Shown: in pieces, positions 14,630 through 27,420 of the stretch | Layout: each line of letters opens with the position of its first letter | Numbering within the stretch: the stretch's first letter is position 1 | Assembly (NCBI GenBank): GCA_964016885.1 | Contig: OZ024741.1 | Span: 263,624,001 to 263,688,000, forward strand | Source: Eledone cirrhosa | Lineage: Eukaryota | DNA length: 64,000 nucleotides | Reading direction: 5' to 3' | Made by a program: the position numbers and the translations under genes | Notes under the pieces: model-generated | The model's database searches: none | The model's input: only the letters and a program-made list of their open reading frames with translations | Told to the model about the DNA's origin: nothing

Positions 14630-14870
14630 GTTAGTGGACTAGCAGAATCATTAGAGTATTGAATAAAATGACCTCATGGTATTTAGTCATGCTTTACATT
14701 CTGAGTTCAAATCTTGCTGAAGTCAACCAAATCTTGCTGAAGTCAACTTTGTCTTTTGTCCTTTCAGGGTTGATAAAACATAAGTAGCAGTCAAACACAG
14801 GGGGCCTGATACAATCAATTTTCCACTCCTACCCACCCCCACTAAATTGCTGGCCTTGTGCTCAAATCTG
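14630..14870 (+). mobile_element. Old SINE family 1 copy
   Basis: GAGTTCAAATC...GTCAACTTTGTCTTTTGTCCTTTCAGGGTTGATAAAA...TTGCTGGCCTTGTG, degenerate. Further remnants lie near 3710-3825, 4380-4510 and 5410-5545. Confidence 0.6.
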
Positions 14871-15149
14871 CAGTCATTGCATGTATAGTTTACAGTATAG
14901 GTGGTATATCTCAGCATCAGCTGCACCCCTATAGACAATGGTGAAGGCATTGTTGCCACAGAGAACAGTTCCTTTCATGGGTCTCCTTCTTCAGACAGGT
15001 ATTCACTACCGTATTTCTGGAACGCCCCCTCTCTCCCCCTCTCAATATCTCTCTATTACTCTTCCTCTCACCACACTCATGACCCCACACCAGTGTGCCA
15101 TATGACTTGGATTTTCATATGTAAAGTTGGTTGCTGCTAGACTAAACAG

Positions 15150-15367
15150 TTTCATTTCATTTTTCATTTCATTTTACATTCACTTTTCCTTGCTTGCAAG
15201 GGTGGGACGGGAACTGATTCTGGCTTGATTTCTACAACTGGATGCCCTTCCTAACACCAACCTCATTTACAGTGAGTACTGGGTGCTTTTTTGCCGTGGC
15301 ACCTCCACGTCCACTTTGCAGTGGAATGATAGGGACCTCAGTCCCTATCATCTCATTTCTACAGCTG
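15150..15367 (-). mobile_element. 5'-truncated SINE family 2 (RTE-tailed)
   Basis: Near-identical to the 3' two-thirds of the 17988-18332 copy. Confidence 0.85.
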
Positions 15368-15385
15368 TTTATTTCTACAGCAGTT

Positions 15386-15417
<32 letters not shown>

Positions 15418-15419
<2 letters not shown>

Positions 15420-15601
15420 GTTTCTACTTTAGGCACAAGGCCAGCAATTACCCAGTTCATTACTGGTACTTTATTTTATCGACCCTGTAAGGATGAAAGG
15501 CAAAGTCAACCTCAGCGGGATTTGAACTCGGATCGTAAAGGGACATAACTATGCTGGAAAGCATGGCGTCCGACCCTCTACCGATACTGCCAATCCACCG
15601 G
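15418..15601 (-). mobile_element. tRNA-derived SINE family 1, between (TA)n tracts
   Basis: Near-identical to 8941-9115. Confidence 0.85.
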
Positions 15602-15648
<47 letters not shown>

Positions 15649-16019
15649 GTGCGTGTTGTGTGTTATATGTATGATTTATTATTTTGTGCTGTTTTTAAAA
15701 CCACTAACCATTACACTTATTTTATTAGTACAAACCTTCAGGTGGCTTGTGTCACACAGGTCACACAATATATCTGCTTAGCTGCAGCAGTCTGGGGATT
15801 AGACAGGCCTTTTGTTATCTAGTGTGTGTGTGTGTGAGAGATTTATGTATAACCATGCTTAAAGGTAGCCATACATTAATTCAATGAGCACTGAATATAT
15901 ATATATAAGTAGTTACATGTATGTATGTGTGTGTGTGTGTATATAACCATTAACTGACTGAGCATTCAATACAGTAGAGTATAGAATTTATTTTTACAAA
16001 AAAATATTAGTCGCGCTAT

Positions 16020-16174
16020 TTCACTTCAGGCACCACACATATATACACAGACATATATGTATGGTATAAAAGACATACATACATGCACACATTATATGAA
16101 GTGCCACACATACACATACTTATATGAGGCAGCATACACATATATATTTTTATATATGGCACAAAAGAGGCACT

Positions 16175-16215
<41 letters not shown>

Positions 16216-17065
16216 CATATTATATAAGGCACCACATATATATATACACATATATACACATATACACACATATACACTCACATGAGGTGTCACACATATA
16301 CATGAGGCACCACATATATATACAGGTATGAGGCACCACATATATATATGAGGCACCACATATATACACACGAGGCACCACATATATATACACACATGAG
16401 GCACCACACATATATATATATATACACATATGAGGCACCACATGTATATATACATGAAGCACCACATATATATACACATGTGAGGCACCACATATATATA
16501 CACACATATGCGGCACCACACATATATACACACATGAGGCACCACATATATATACACATATGAGGCACCACATATATATACACATATGAGGCACCACATA
16601 TATATACACATATGAGGCACCACACATATATACACACGAGGCACCACACATATATATACACATGAGGCACCACATGTATACACATATGAGGCACGAGGCA
16701 CCACACATATATACACATATGAGGCACCACACATATATACACATGAGCCACCACACATATATATATATACACTCGAGGCACCACACATATACACGAGGCA
16801 ACAGACATATATACACATACATATATTTTTATATATGGTACAAAAGACATATACACATATATTATTATATAAGGCACCACATATATACACACTTGCATAT
16901 TATATAAGGCACTACACATATACACACATTATTATGTCACCACATATATATACACACATTATTATGCCACCACCATATATACACATATATTATCACCACA
17001 CATATATACATACATTATTATGTCACCACACATATATACGCACATATATTATTATATATGGTACA
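16020..17065. repeat. Degenerate minisatellite, unit about 24-30 bp (GAGGCACCACATATATATACACATAT)
   Basis: More than 20 GAGGCACCAC cores separated by variable (TA)/(CA) runs. Confidence 0.9.
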
Positions 17066-17376
17066 AAAGAAACTTTTAATGATAAAATATTGTTTTCTCA
17101 GTGATAATTTAAAGAAAAACCTGTACTATTTTTTCTTTATTTATTTTGTTTATTTTTTTTTAACACAGAAACTGGAAACCGGATTACCAATAACTGGATT
17201 TATTTAAACAATAGTTAGTGTTAACAACTTAATTCATGGAACTTTAAAAGATCTGGTAAGTAAAAACAACGATCTATATTAATCAATGATTATCTCCCAT
17301 TTCACACCCTAGACAAGTCGAACCGCTAAGTTACTGGTCATAAAGGAACACACTAACACACTGCACACAAATGTTT

Positions 17377-17615
17377 AAGGGGCAAGTCAAGGCCTGTTTT
17401 AGTCTTATTCTGACCTCCTCAGTAAAACAGCTTCATCACTACTTTATCCCTACATAGTGTAAGAGGCAAGTCAAGATAAGATGTGTTTCAGTCTTATTCT
17501 GACCTCTTCAGTAAAACAGCTTCATCACTACATAATCTAAAGAGGCAAATCAAGATACAAGACATGCTTTAGTCTTATTCTGACCTCAGCAAAGCTTGAT
17601 TTCATCACTACTTCA
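17377..17615 (-). repeat. Three 80-90-bp tandem repeats, each with a degenerate hammerhead-like core
   Basis: Minus strand reads CTGA(A/G)GA-GGTC-AGAATAA-GACT-GAAAC. The best copy is at 17480-17511. Confidence 0.55.
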
Positions 17616-17987
17616 GCAAAGAATCTCTGTAAATGTACAATACTATACATTTATTATATAACTACTCTTTTAGTCTTTAGTCATTAGACTGTGGTCATAC
17701 TGGGGCACTGCTTTCAAAAGATTTTAATCAATTTTATCAATATTGGTACTTATTTTATCAGTCTCTTTTTGTCGGACTGCTATATTACAGACACATACCA
17801 AATTTCACTGGTCAACACAAGTCTATAATAGAAGACACCCATCGTGGGGCTTTAGGTAGTTGTACTGAAACCATCATCAGAATTAGTGGGACCTAAAATC
17901 TATATTTGCTTAAGGCTATCAGCTGGATATTGTTATTGGTAAGGCTTCATCTCAGTGATCACAATAAATGGTTATATATATATATAT

Positions 17988-18332
17988 ATCATCATCATCA
18001 TCATCATCCTTTTATGTCTTCTTTTCCCTGCTTGCAAGGGTGGGACGGGAACTGATTCTGGCTTGATTTCTACAGCTGGATGCCCTTCCTAACACCAACC
18101 TCATTTACAGTGAGTGCTGGGTGCTTTTTTGCCGTGGCACCTCCACGACCACTTTGCAGTGGAATGATAGGGACCGCAGTCCCTATCATCTCATTTCTAC
18201 AGCTGAGTAAACTGGAGCAATGTGAAATAAAGTGTCTTGCTCAAGGAAACAACACATCACCCAGTCTGAGAATTGAACTCACAACCTTTCGATTGCAAGC
18301 CCAATGCTCTAACCACTAAGCCATGTGCCTCC
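17988..18332 (-). mobile_element. Full-length tRNA-derived SINE family 2 with RTE-type 3' tail
   Basis: Head GGAGGCACATGGCTTAGTGG (A box) and GAGTTCAATTC (B box), body CCTTGAGCAAGACACTT, GGAAGGGCATCC box, tail CTTGCAAGCAGGGAAAAG...(GAT)n. Confidence 0.9.
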
Positions 18333-18383
18333 ACATATATGCAATATATTAATAAATGGAATCTATATTTATAAAACCATAAT

Positions 18384-18449
18384 TATTTTATTATATATAT
18401 TTCAAGGGCGACCATGGTAAATTATGGTGCACTTTCATCAGATAAAATA
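18384..18449 (-). ncRNA. Type I hammerhead ribozyme (left arm of palindrome)
   Basis: Minus strand: TATTTTAT-CTGATGA-stem II-GAAA-TATATA-TA-ATAAAATA. Confidence 0.75.
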
Positions 18450-18584
18450 CAGATTTGTTTTATAAATAAATATTGACATACCCGGAAAAAAGACAACCTC
18501 AACGGTTGAAATTCGCTGAAAATTTCAACCATTGAGGTTGTCTTTTTTCCGGGTATGTCAATATTTATTTATAAAACAAATCTG

Positions 18585-18650
18585 TATTTTATCTGATGAA
18601 AGCGCACCATAATTTACCATGGTCGCCCTTGAAATATATATAATAAAATA
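18585..18650 (+). ncRNA. Type I hammerhead ribozyme (right arm of palindrome)
   Basis: Stem I TATTTTAT/ATAAAATA (8 bp), CTGATGA at 18593-18599, stem II AAG..ACCAT/ATGGT..CTT, GAAA at 18631-18634, self-complementary stem III, AUA triplet. Confidence 0.78.
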
Positions 18651-18781
18651 ATTATGGTTTTATAAATATAGATTCCATTTATTAATATATTGTATATTTA
18701 CTCCACTAACTTGTTGAATGTTTTATATCAGTTATAAACATTTTTAAGCTTGTTGAATCCCAACAAATTAAATATAACCTC

Positions 18782-18841
<60 letters not shown>

Positions 18842-18994
18842 GTGTGTGTGTATGTTCAGATCTAGCTGTCGAAACGGTCGGAGCTCAGCCGTCAGGGTCC
18901 TGACTCTTTTCCTATTACCCACTCTACTACCCTAAGTATGGAGTACTCTGGTGCGTTATGATCCACCTGGTTCCTTACCACACTTCCTTCGTTT

Positions 18995-19219
18995 TATCAT
19001 CATTTTCATCATTTCATTTTACGTCCGCTTTTCCCTGCTTGCATGGGTGGGACAGGAATTGATTCTGGCATGATTTCTACAGCTGGATGCCCTTCCTAAC
19101 ACCAACCTCATTTACAGTGAGTGCTGGGTGCTTTTTTGCCGTGGCACCTCCACGACCACTTTGCAGTGGAATGATAGAGACCCCAGTCCCTATCATCTCA
19201 TTTCTACAGCTGAGTAAAT
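18995..19219 (-). mobile_element. 5'-truncated SINE family 2
   Basis: Matches the body and tail of 17988-18332. Confidence 0.85.
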
Positions 19220-20038
19220 AGTGAAACTTGTTATTCTGGAGTTTTGCCTGTTTATCACAGGGTCGTCAGACAAGATATCTGCCAATTACATAAGGATATA
19301 TATGTATATGTGTGTTTATGTACGCATTTCAATTTAAAAGGGGAAACGCATTTAACCCTTTTGATACCAACCCACCCAAAATAACCTATTTAAAGAGATT
19401 CCTTTTTTATTTAAAATCTTTCAACATAATTTTATGAGAACCTTTTATGTCAGTAATATCACCCTAATAAAAAAAATAACTATTTCCCTAAATTCTTCCA
19501 AATTTTTCAATAATCATAAAATAATGTATTTTAATCAAAAAGTTAGAAAAAAAAGGTACTAAATACATTTAATAGGGTTCATTCATTTATTTGAAGGGGG
19601 TGCTTCACTGTCTCATGTAGCTGTCTCAAGGGTAGTGAGTGATATAATGAAAAATCGGTTTCAATTAAAGGAATCTCTGTATATATACATGAGATCGAAG
19701 TGTGTTGGTTCTTTCACGTTTTAAGAATGCCAATTGATGGGGTATTATGCTGTGTAGGGAGGAGAGGGGATTTAAAACAGGGAGGCAGGGGATAATTGCT
19801 GTCGTTGAATAAAAACATTCCAAATTCGAAAACTATTGTGCTCATAAAATGTTTGCTTTTATGCTCCATTTTAAATATGCACGGACGCGCGCGGTGCTCC
19901 AGCATGACCGCAGTAACTGAAACCCGTGTCTCTGTGCGAAGCTTATAAAATAAGTATATTTAACACTATGTATTGAGTTCTTTTTCTATTGTTCGTTCAA
20001 AACAATGTATGTATGTATGTATCTATGTATTTTTCTAG

Positions 20039-20072
<34 letters not shown>

Positions 20073-20614
20073 TTGTGTATGTATATAATGCGTATATATA
20101 TATGTATGTATGTTAAAACTATGTATGAGTGTGAAGTAGGTTCTTTAATTTCCTGTTTTGTTTTCTAAATAGCTTCTGATTTTTTTAGGTTAATTAAAGT
20201 TCCAAGTTGTCGCGTCATTTACTGCTGAGACCTCCCCCCCCCCACTCCTTATACTGGTGTGTGAAGAGTGTAAAACTACCTTTTATATTGTGTGTGTTCT
20301 ACCATGAATGTGTGTACGTGTGTAAAACTGCCTTTTATATTGTGTACTTCTATCACGGATGCATGAAAGTGTGTGTGTGTGCTTCTACCATGGATGCATG
20401 AAAGTGTGTGTGTGCTTCTACCATGAATGTATATGTGTAAGAGCGTAAAACTGCCTTGTATGTGTGTCTGTGTTTCTACCCTGAAAGTGTGTACGTGTGC
20501 AAAAGTGTCTTTTACAGTGTGTGTACTTCTATCGCGCGCGCACGTAAAGCTGTCCCTTATAGTGGGTGCTTCTACCTGTGTGTGCCAAAAATGTATTCAC
20601 ACACACCTACCTAC

Positions 20615-23600
20615 CACCCCCACCCAACAACCCATCCCCCACCCTCATGGAAATTGTGCAGCCCGATACCTGGGACGCAGAGAGGCAAGTGCCTTTTCTC
20701 TTCACCACCAACATGGCTATGCTAAGAGTAGGCTGTCTAAATGCGCGTGGCCTGGGCTCAACTTGGAAGCAAGCAATACTTCTAAATGACCTTAGGTCAC
20801 AACGTATAGATGTGATGGTTATTTGCGAGGCCCGGATCAGCAACGTGCGACAGCTGGCCCCCACCTTTGATGACTTTGAGATGCACACATCTCTGTCAGC
20901 CCGGAGGTGGGGGTGGGGTTGTCGTTCCGCTGCAAAAACATCTGGGTCTTGCAACACCGACGGTACATTTGGACCCGGAGGGTCGACTAGTGGTTCTGGA
21001 CCTTGGCAGTGGTGAAGGCGGAGCGTTTAGGTTGGTAGTCGTCTACGGCCCTTTCGGGTCAATGCGGCCGGACTTCTTCCAGCGACTGGACTTTTCTAGG
21101 GACGTCCCGCTCCTTGCTATTAGTGGGGGACTGGAATGGTATCCTAGATGCACACTGGGACTACGTAGGGGCCTGTCCCGATAGAGAGGGGTGTAATAGC
21201 CTCAAAGGGTTAACGGTCGATTTGACCTGGCCGATAGATATCGACTAGATTTTCCGACTGCGCCAACCTGGACTTGGGCAAACTGTAGCGGATCATCTAG
21301 GTCGTACCTAGATAGCTTCTTAGTTAGAAATAAGGATAAGGACTTTTTAAGTTGTCCAAAAATGCGCATGGTTGACTATTCAGACCACAAGTTAGTGACC
21401 TGCATGGTCAACCTTGACAGAACGCATAGACGGGGATCCGGTTACTGGAAGCTCAATTTGTCCTTACCGGCAAGTAAGGCTTACAGGGACCGGATTAGCA
21501 CTTTAGTTAAGGAGCGGTTGACGGGCGCCATCGTCAACAGCAGGTGGTGGGGATCTCTCAAAAGAGAGATTAGAGTTGTCTCTATAGAATTTAGTAAGGA
21601 GTTAGCCTCAAATAGGAAGGAAAGGGAGTTGGTAGATAGTGTAGAAGAGGCAATTAAAAGCGGTGACGTGGCCAGAGTACCAGTGTCGCGAAACACGAAG
21701 GCTGCATCGTCCGAAGCAAAACACATGCTCTGGGAAACGAGGGAACCAAAGCTGTTAGCTGGGCCCGCGTGACAGAAGCCAAAAGAGGGAGTAGATCCAC
21801 TATCCAGTCTTTGCCAGAACAGGATGAACGGGTGATCCTTGAGCCTAAGCAGATGTGCGAGGCTTTTCAAAAGCACTTTGCCAGATTGTTCGGAAGGGGC
21901 GGAGAGCCGGTTGGGGAAGTGGACTTCGGTCCATACCTCGACGGCCTGCCACGTCTCTCGGACAGGGAGGCGAAGTCCTGCGAGGAGCTGATTTCAGCCG
22001 CTGAGATAGAGGACGTGCTGAGCCAATGCGGCAAACACAAATCCCCGGGTCTCGATGGTCTTCCATACGAACTATATCTAGCTATGCCAGACTTGTTCCC
22101 CGATCTCCTCGAGGCGGTCTACTGCAACTGGCAACAGAACGGGAGAATTCCCTGTGCTGTGACCAAGGGCGTAGTCACGCTAGTGAGGAAGGACGAGAAC
22201 AAGGGGGTGCGATATAAATAATTTCAGGCCCATAACTCTGCTAAATACAAGTTACAGATTTTGGCCAAGGTGCTAGCAAAGAGGTTGGCGCTTGTCGTGG
22301 GCAACCTGGTGGGAGATGCACAGACATGTGCTATCCCGTCCAGGTCCATCCACGACAACCTCCACTTCATGCGATACATCACAGAGAAGGTTGGGAACGA
22401 ACCCGGCTTTGGTGGGGCCCTGATCAACTTGGATCAATCTAAGGCGTTCGATAGAGTCGACCATGGTTACCTGGATGCGGTGCTAGCGACGGCAGGCTTC
22501 GGACCCTTTTTCAGGGGCTGGATCAATGCCATGCACAGCAGCCACATCTGCTCTAGGGTCAAGGTGAACAGCTACCTCTCGGAGCCGTTCGAAATCGCGC
22601 GGTCCATCCGACAAGGGTGCCCTCTCTCCTCCCTTCTGTATGTAATGACTCTAGAACCACTGCTGCGGAAGTTGGAGTTGTTGCAGGGCATCCCGTTGGA
22701 ACCGGGATTGCGGAAAGCGGTGTCAGTCGATGACGTAACAGTAATGGTGTCGATGTCGACGGCCTCGGAAATCGGAGCGATCGGCACCTTACTGGAGGAG
22801 TACGAATGGTTTACAGGGGCTAAGCTGAACGGGACAAGTCGATCGGTCTGCAACTCGGCACGTGGAGGGGCAGATCGATGCCCTCCGATGGCGTCGTCGG
22901 GCGCTGGACGGAGGGCCCGGTGAAGTTGCTCGGGGTCTGGTTCGGACCAGACCTCCAGGTGGAGAAGAACTGGGGTGAGGTAACGAACAGGGTGTTTGCA
23001 CTGACCCAGAAGTGGGCCGAGTGCAAACTGTCCCTGAAAGGTCGGGCAGAGGTGGCGAACACTTATATAGCGTCCGTCATCTACTACCGCCTGACCGTTG
23101 TGCCTTGCCCAAGGGAAACGCTCGCCAAAATGGAGCGCGCACTCTTCCAATTCCTTTGGAAGAAGCGGGCTCCTATGGTGAGGAGATCCATCTGCTGTCA
23201 ACACCCTTCAAAAGGAGGGCTGGGAATGCCATGGCTAATGATACGTAAACACGCATTAAGGCTACGGCACCTCCAGGTATTCCTCACCGGTCAACCGGTG
23301 TGGGCCCCGTTTGTAAGGCGAGCCTTTCCCAGACTCGTCTCATTCACCGAGCTGCAATCTTGGGTCAAGCAAAGACCGAGAAAACTGGGCGCCTGGCACA
23401 CCGAGTGTGCCCAGGCGCTCACGGCTCTCTGGCAGGCGGACCCGGCTGTCGGTGGAGAATCCACCTCATCATTCTATAGAGGGCTGGTGGTTAGCAGGTG
23501 CGACGACGCCCTCGGAGAAGCCCTAGGCATGGAGGATGATGAACTGGCCAACCTGTTCGGTAGGACATTCAGCCCGGGACCCATGGATAACTTCCAGAGG

Positions 23601-24370
23601 TCCCTGGCCTGGCAGTGCTACCGAGGGGCTCTGCCCGTTCAAGAAAGGCTCTACAGACACGGGCGCCCGGGTAGGGACCCCTCGAAAAAGATCTGTCCCA
23701 GATGCGTGTGTGACGAGGAAACCGTTGTACACGCATTGGTACACTGCTGGGGCATTGCCGATCTGTGGGGCTATGTCGAACAACTGCTGTCAAGGGTGGG
23801 ACCGATCCGGTTGACCACCAAGTCTATTGTAACGATCAAGCCGCCTCCCCTCTTCAAAAATGGAGAGGCGGTGTTTCTGTGCGTAATAGCCATGGCGAAA
23901 GAGGTTGTATGATGGACGCGTCTGAAAGGACTGCGGTCAGACACCTTTCTCTCTGGCCAACAACTGGTCCGTTTCTTCCGATATCATTTCGGAAGAAGGA
24001 TCAGGATGGAGAGAGAGGTGCTGCACCCCAGCCGTTTTTATGAAAGATGGGTGAAAGTGGCGAGAATGGCCCGTGTGAATGGGCCTTCACTCTACATCAG
24101 ACTATAGGTGAGGAAGATGAAAGATCAAGGGAGCACCCCCCTCTCTGTGCTCCTGAGGAGAAGGGTTGCACACTTTTTTTCGGGGGTGTGTGCGACCCCC
24201 CAAGGCGCCTCCTCCCTATTGAGGATTTTATTATAAAATTTATTTTGTTATATTTTATTTTATTTTTATATTTTGTTATTGCCTCCTCCTTATTGAGGAC
24301 GCCTTTTCATGTAAACTCCCCCCATTGTACTTGTCCCACTTTTTGATGCCCTGGTGATAAATAAAAAAAG
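20615..24370 (+). mobile_element. Tx1/L1-clade non-LTR retrotransposon, ORF2 region, frameshifted
   Basis: APE start MLRVGCLNARGL (20713), SDHK and YWKLN (21.4 kb), RT motifs KSPGLDGLP, LDQSKAFDRVDH and IRQGCPLS, C-terminal CPRC..ETVVHALVHC zinc finger, A-rich 3' end GATAAATAAAAAAA. Confidence 0.92.
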
Positions 24371-24420
24371 TTACCTACCTACTTACCTACCTACCTACCT
24401 ACCTACCTACCTACCTACCT
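24371..24420. repeat. (CCTA)n microsatellite at the LINE 3' junction
   Basis: TTACCTACCTACTTACCTACCTACC...; CCTACCTACC also occurs at the 5' side (20606-20615). Confidence 0.9.
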
Positions 24421-24805
24421 GGAGAAGAGATGGGCTCCGTCAGGTTTAAAAATACTCTAGAGTCAATATGGCGGCCCAATAACTCCCTCAGGAATTACGG
24501 GTCCATGCATATATTTCTCATTTAGACACAAGGTCACCATATATGGGAGATGGAATTTGAATTCAGGGTGCAAAGAGCCCAAACAAATACCGCAATGACA
24601 TTTTATCACCAGTTTTACGAATTTATCAACATATATTAGTAAGTGTGTAACAATAGTTACAGGCGTTTCACCAGTCAGAGCACTCAGTCTTGATTGTGTT
24701 CTACACATATAAACCAGCATATCCCCAGTCCTAGCACTGTTTTGATTGTGTTCTACACATATCCCTAGTCAGAGCACTGTTTTGATTGTGCCCTATACAT
24801 TAACC

Positions 24806-24897
24806 CACATATCTGATGAGCTGTCGACGTATAGTCGGGCTTAGCTCATCTTGATCGTACCTTGAGCTGACCAATATCGAAACAATTGTCATATGTG
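24806..24897 (+). ncRNA. Type I hammerhead ribozyme with enlarged, branched domain II
   Basis: Stem I CACATAT/ATATGTG (perfect 7 bp), CTGATGA at 24813-24819, G...C closing domain II, GAAA at 24879-24882, stem III AC-AATT-GT, canonical GTC at 24888-24890. Confidence 0.82.
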
Positions 24898-24939
24898 AAT
24901 AAAGTTTATATATGATGCAATCTTGAGACTTTGTTCCAA

Positions 24940-24987
<48 letters not shown>

Positions 24988-24997
24988 ACATACACAT

Positions 24998-25044
<47 letters not shown>

Positions 25045-25045
<1 letters not shown>

Positions 25046-25438
25046 GAGGGTAATCCCAAAAGTAAGGTTTCCAAAGCGATGGGGACGCAGAGAAACTGTT
25101 CATACGGCTGTTGGAAACACTGTTGTGATTGGTGCTTCCTTCACTCCCAAACAAGCATGCGCGCACTTTGCTGGGATGCTCAATCTTGGCTTGACAGCCG
25201 TTGAGAATGGAGCTCCCGTTGAACGCTACTGCCAAGTGCGAATTTCGCGTAGTTATTATATACGAGGGCAATCCCAAAAGTAAGGTCTCCTTCCGAGGAA
25301 AATATGCGTAAAGATCGGCGGATCACTCTGGATGCTTTCTGCATTTTGGTTCCTGAGGTTTACCGAAGCACCATCCACAGGATTTTAATGGAAAAGTTGC
25401 AATATCGGAAGAAGACCTTACTTTTGGGATTGCCCTCG
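25045..25438 (+). mobile_element. Nested mariner remnants: a left end plus an internally deleted copy (25263-25438)
   Basis: TIR CGAGGG(T/C)AATCCCAAAAGTAAGGT at 25045 and 25263, inverted copy ending at 25438, TA flanks. Transposase-like fragments MELPLNATAKCEFRVVI and RKDRRITLD...RSTIHRILMEKLQYRK. Confidence 0.85.
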
Positions 25439-25440
25439 TA

Positions 25441-25485
<45 letters not shown>

Positions 25486-25489
25486 ATAT

Positions 25490-27420
25490 ACGATATTAAA
25501 TAAATGGAAACTATATTTATAAAACCATATTTATTTCATTATATATATTTCAGGGATATCATATTAAAAATATGGTATGCCTTCTTCAGACAAAATACAA
25601 TATAAACAGTCTTATAAATAGATAGATTTGACATACCTTACAACTTCAACTTCCATTTAAAAAGTTGATTTGGTAGTGAAAAATGTTAGGGACAGTTATA
25701 AAAAGAAAGAAAGAAAAAAAAAAAAAACGTGAAGAAAAAGAAGAAATGCATGCAACTAAACAGAGAGAGATAGATATAGAGAGATAGATAGAGAGAAGAA
25801 ATTCATGTAAAGAAACAGAGAGATAGATAGAGAGAGAAAAAACACAGAGGGAGATAGATAGAGAGAGAGAGAAGAGAGAGAGAGAGAAAAAATAGAGAGA
25901 GATAGATATAGAGATAGAGAGAAAGAAAATAGGTAGTTGGGCACCAGTTGAATGACGTATCAATGATATATTTATTTATTTATTTATTTAGTTCTAGTAT
26001 TAAGGCAGAGAGAGATATATGTGGTTAGGAGAGAAAACAGCCGTTACATAGAGAGAAAAGAAAAATATCCAGAGATAAACGAGGCAGATTTAAAACATTG
26101 TTTCATCAATGTAAAAATATCAATTTGTATGAATTAGGTATTATAATGTAAATATCAGTATTCATGAATGAGACACGTATCAATAATGTGTGAAAAATAA
26201 TGATCATATGTCTAGTTTAAAATTCCTAGGTTTATATCAGAACTGAGATAAAAAACTGAGATAAAAAAAACTGAGATAAAAAACTAAGATAAAAAACTAA
26301 GATAAAAAACTAAGATAAAAAACTAAGATAAAAAACTTAAAAAAAAATTGAAATACATAAGTATATATGCACTTTCATGAAAAAAGAAAAAGAAAAAGAA
26401 AAAGAAAATAGAAGGTTATCCCAGATTCGATACTATAGACTTCCATGTGAATTTACGTGATCAACTCTGCAAATTCCTATTTCACATGAAAACATTCTCA
26501 TTGTGCTATAAAAATTCTAGTATACATATATGTGTACATACACACAAATATATATAGAATCTACATTAATTTTAACAATACTATTCTTGTCTTTACTCTA
26601 CATGATTATCGTTCAAGCATAAATAGACAACAGATATCAATATATCAATAAAAATATCAAAAATTAAAAAAATATTAAAAATAAAACACAGTATGCCCCG
26701 CAAATCAACCACAGAGATCAACCCTTCAAAATTAATTGACAATATATTGCCAAGTTCATTATAAGCATCAGAATCAAAAGCAAACAAAACCAAAATTATT
26801 TACCAAATCCTGTCTAGCAGAAATCATTCCAAAAGTTTAGGATACCCATTTGATCTACAGATGGTCTTATATTTATTATAGAAGTTTATCTAGTGTAAAA
26901 TTTATTCAATATATTTGGAGCATCAGCTTTTAGGGTAGTTTAATTATTCATGAAGAATGTTTAAAAAAAAAAAAAAAATCGAAAGATTTATCGGCGAGTT
27001 TCATAAATAATTATAAATCATAAGTAAATGTACTACATTTTAAATTTATATTTATATTTAAAAGTTGAGTTCAATCTATGTCTGCAGCAACTGAATAAAT
27101 TTGTCCGTAAATTAAGGGAATTTTTAGATTTTAGTATAAAGAATATCTCCTCCGCGCAGAGGTCACATGTCTCAGAGGATGAATTAAAAGGAATCCCTTT
27201 TGAGACTATATCCAACGTTATCATGCTTAAGTTGCCAGAGTAAGCCTGATAGTGATGTTGAAGATTTTTTGCTTGGATCTGTGAAAGAATTCTTGTGGTT
27301 ATTATAGCGAAGTTTAAATTCTGTCGAGGTGGAACCAAATATACTCCAAATACTTGTTGAGTGCTTTTATATCAGTTATAAATATTTACTCGTTGTAACC
27401 CAACAATTTAAATAAAACTT

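Larger units (their letters stand above)
18342..18785. mobile_element. Palindromic hammerhead-bearing element (PLE pseudo-LTR derivative)
   Basis: About 172-bp arms at 18342-18692 around a 7-nt loop. The right arm continues to about 18785 and then (TA)n. Homologous to the ends of the PLE at 25.5-27.4 kb. Confidence 0.8.
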
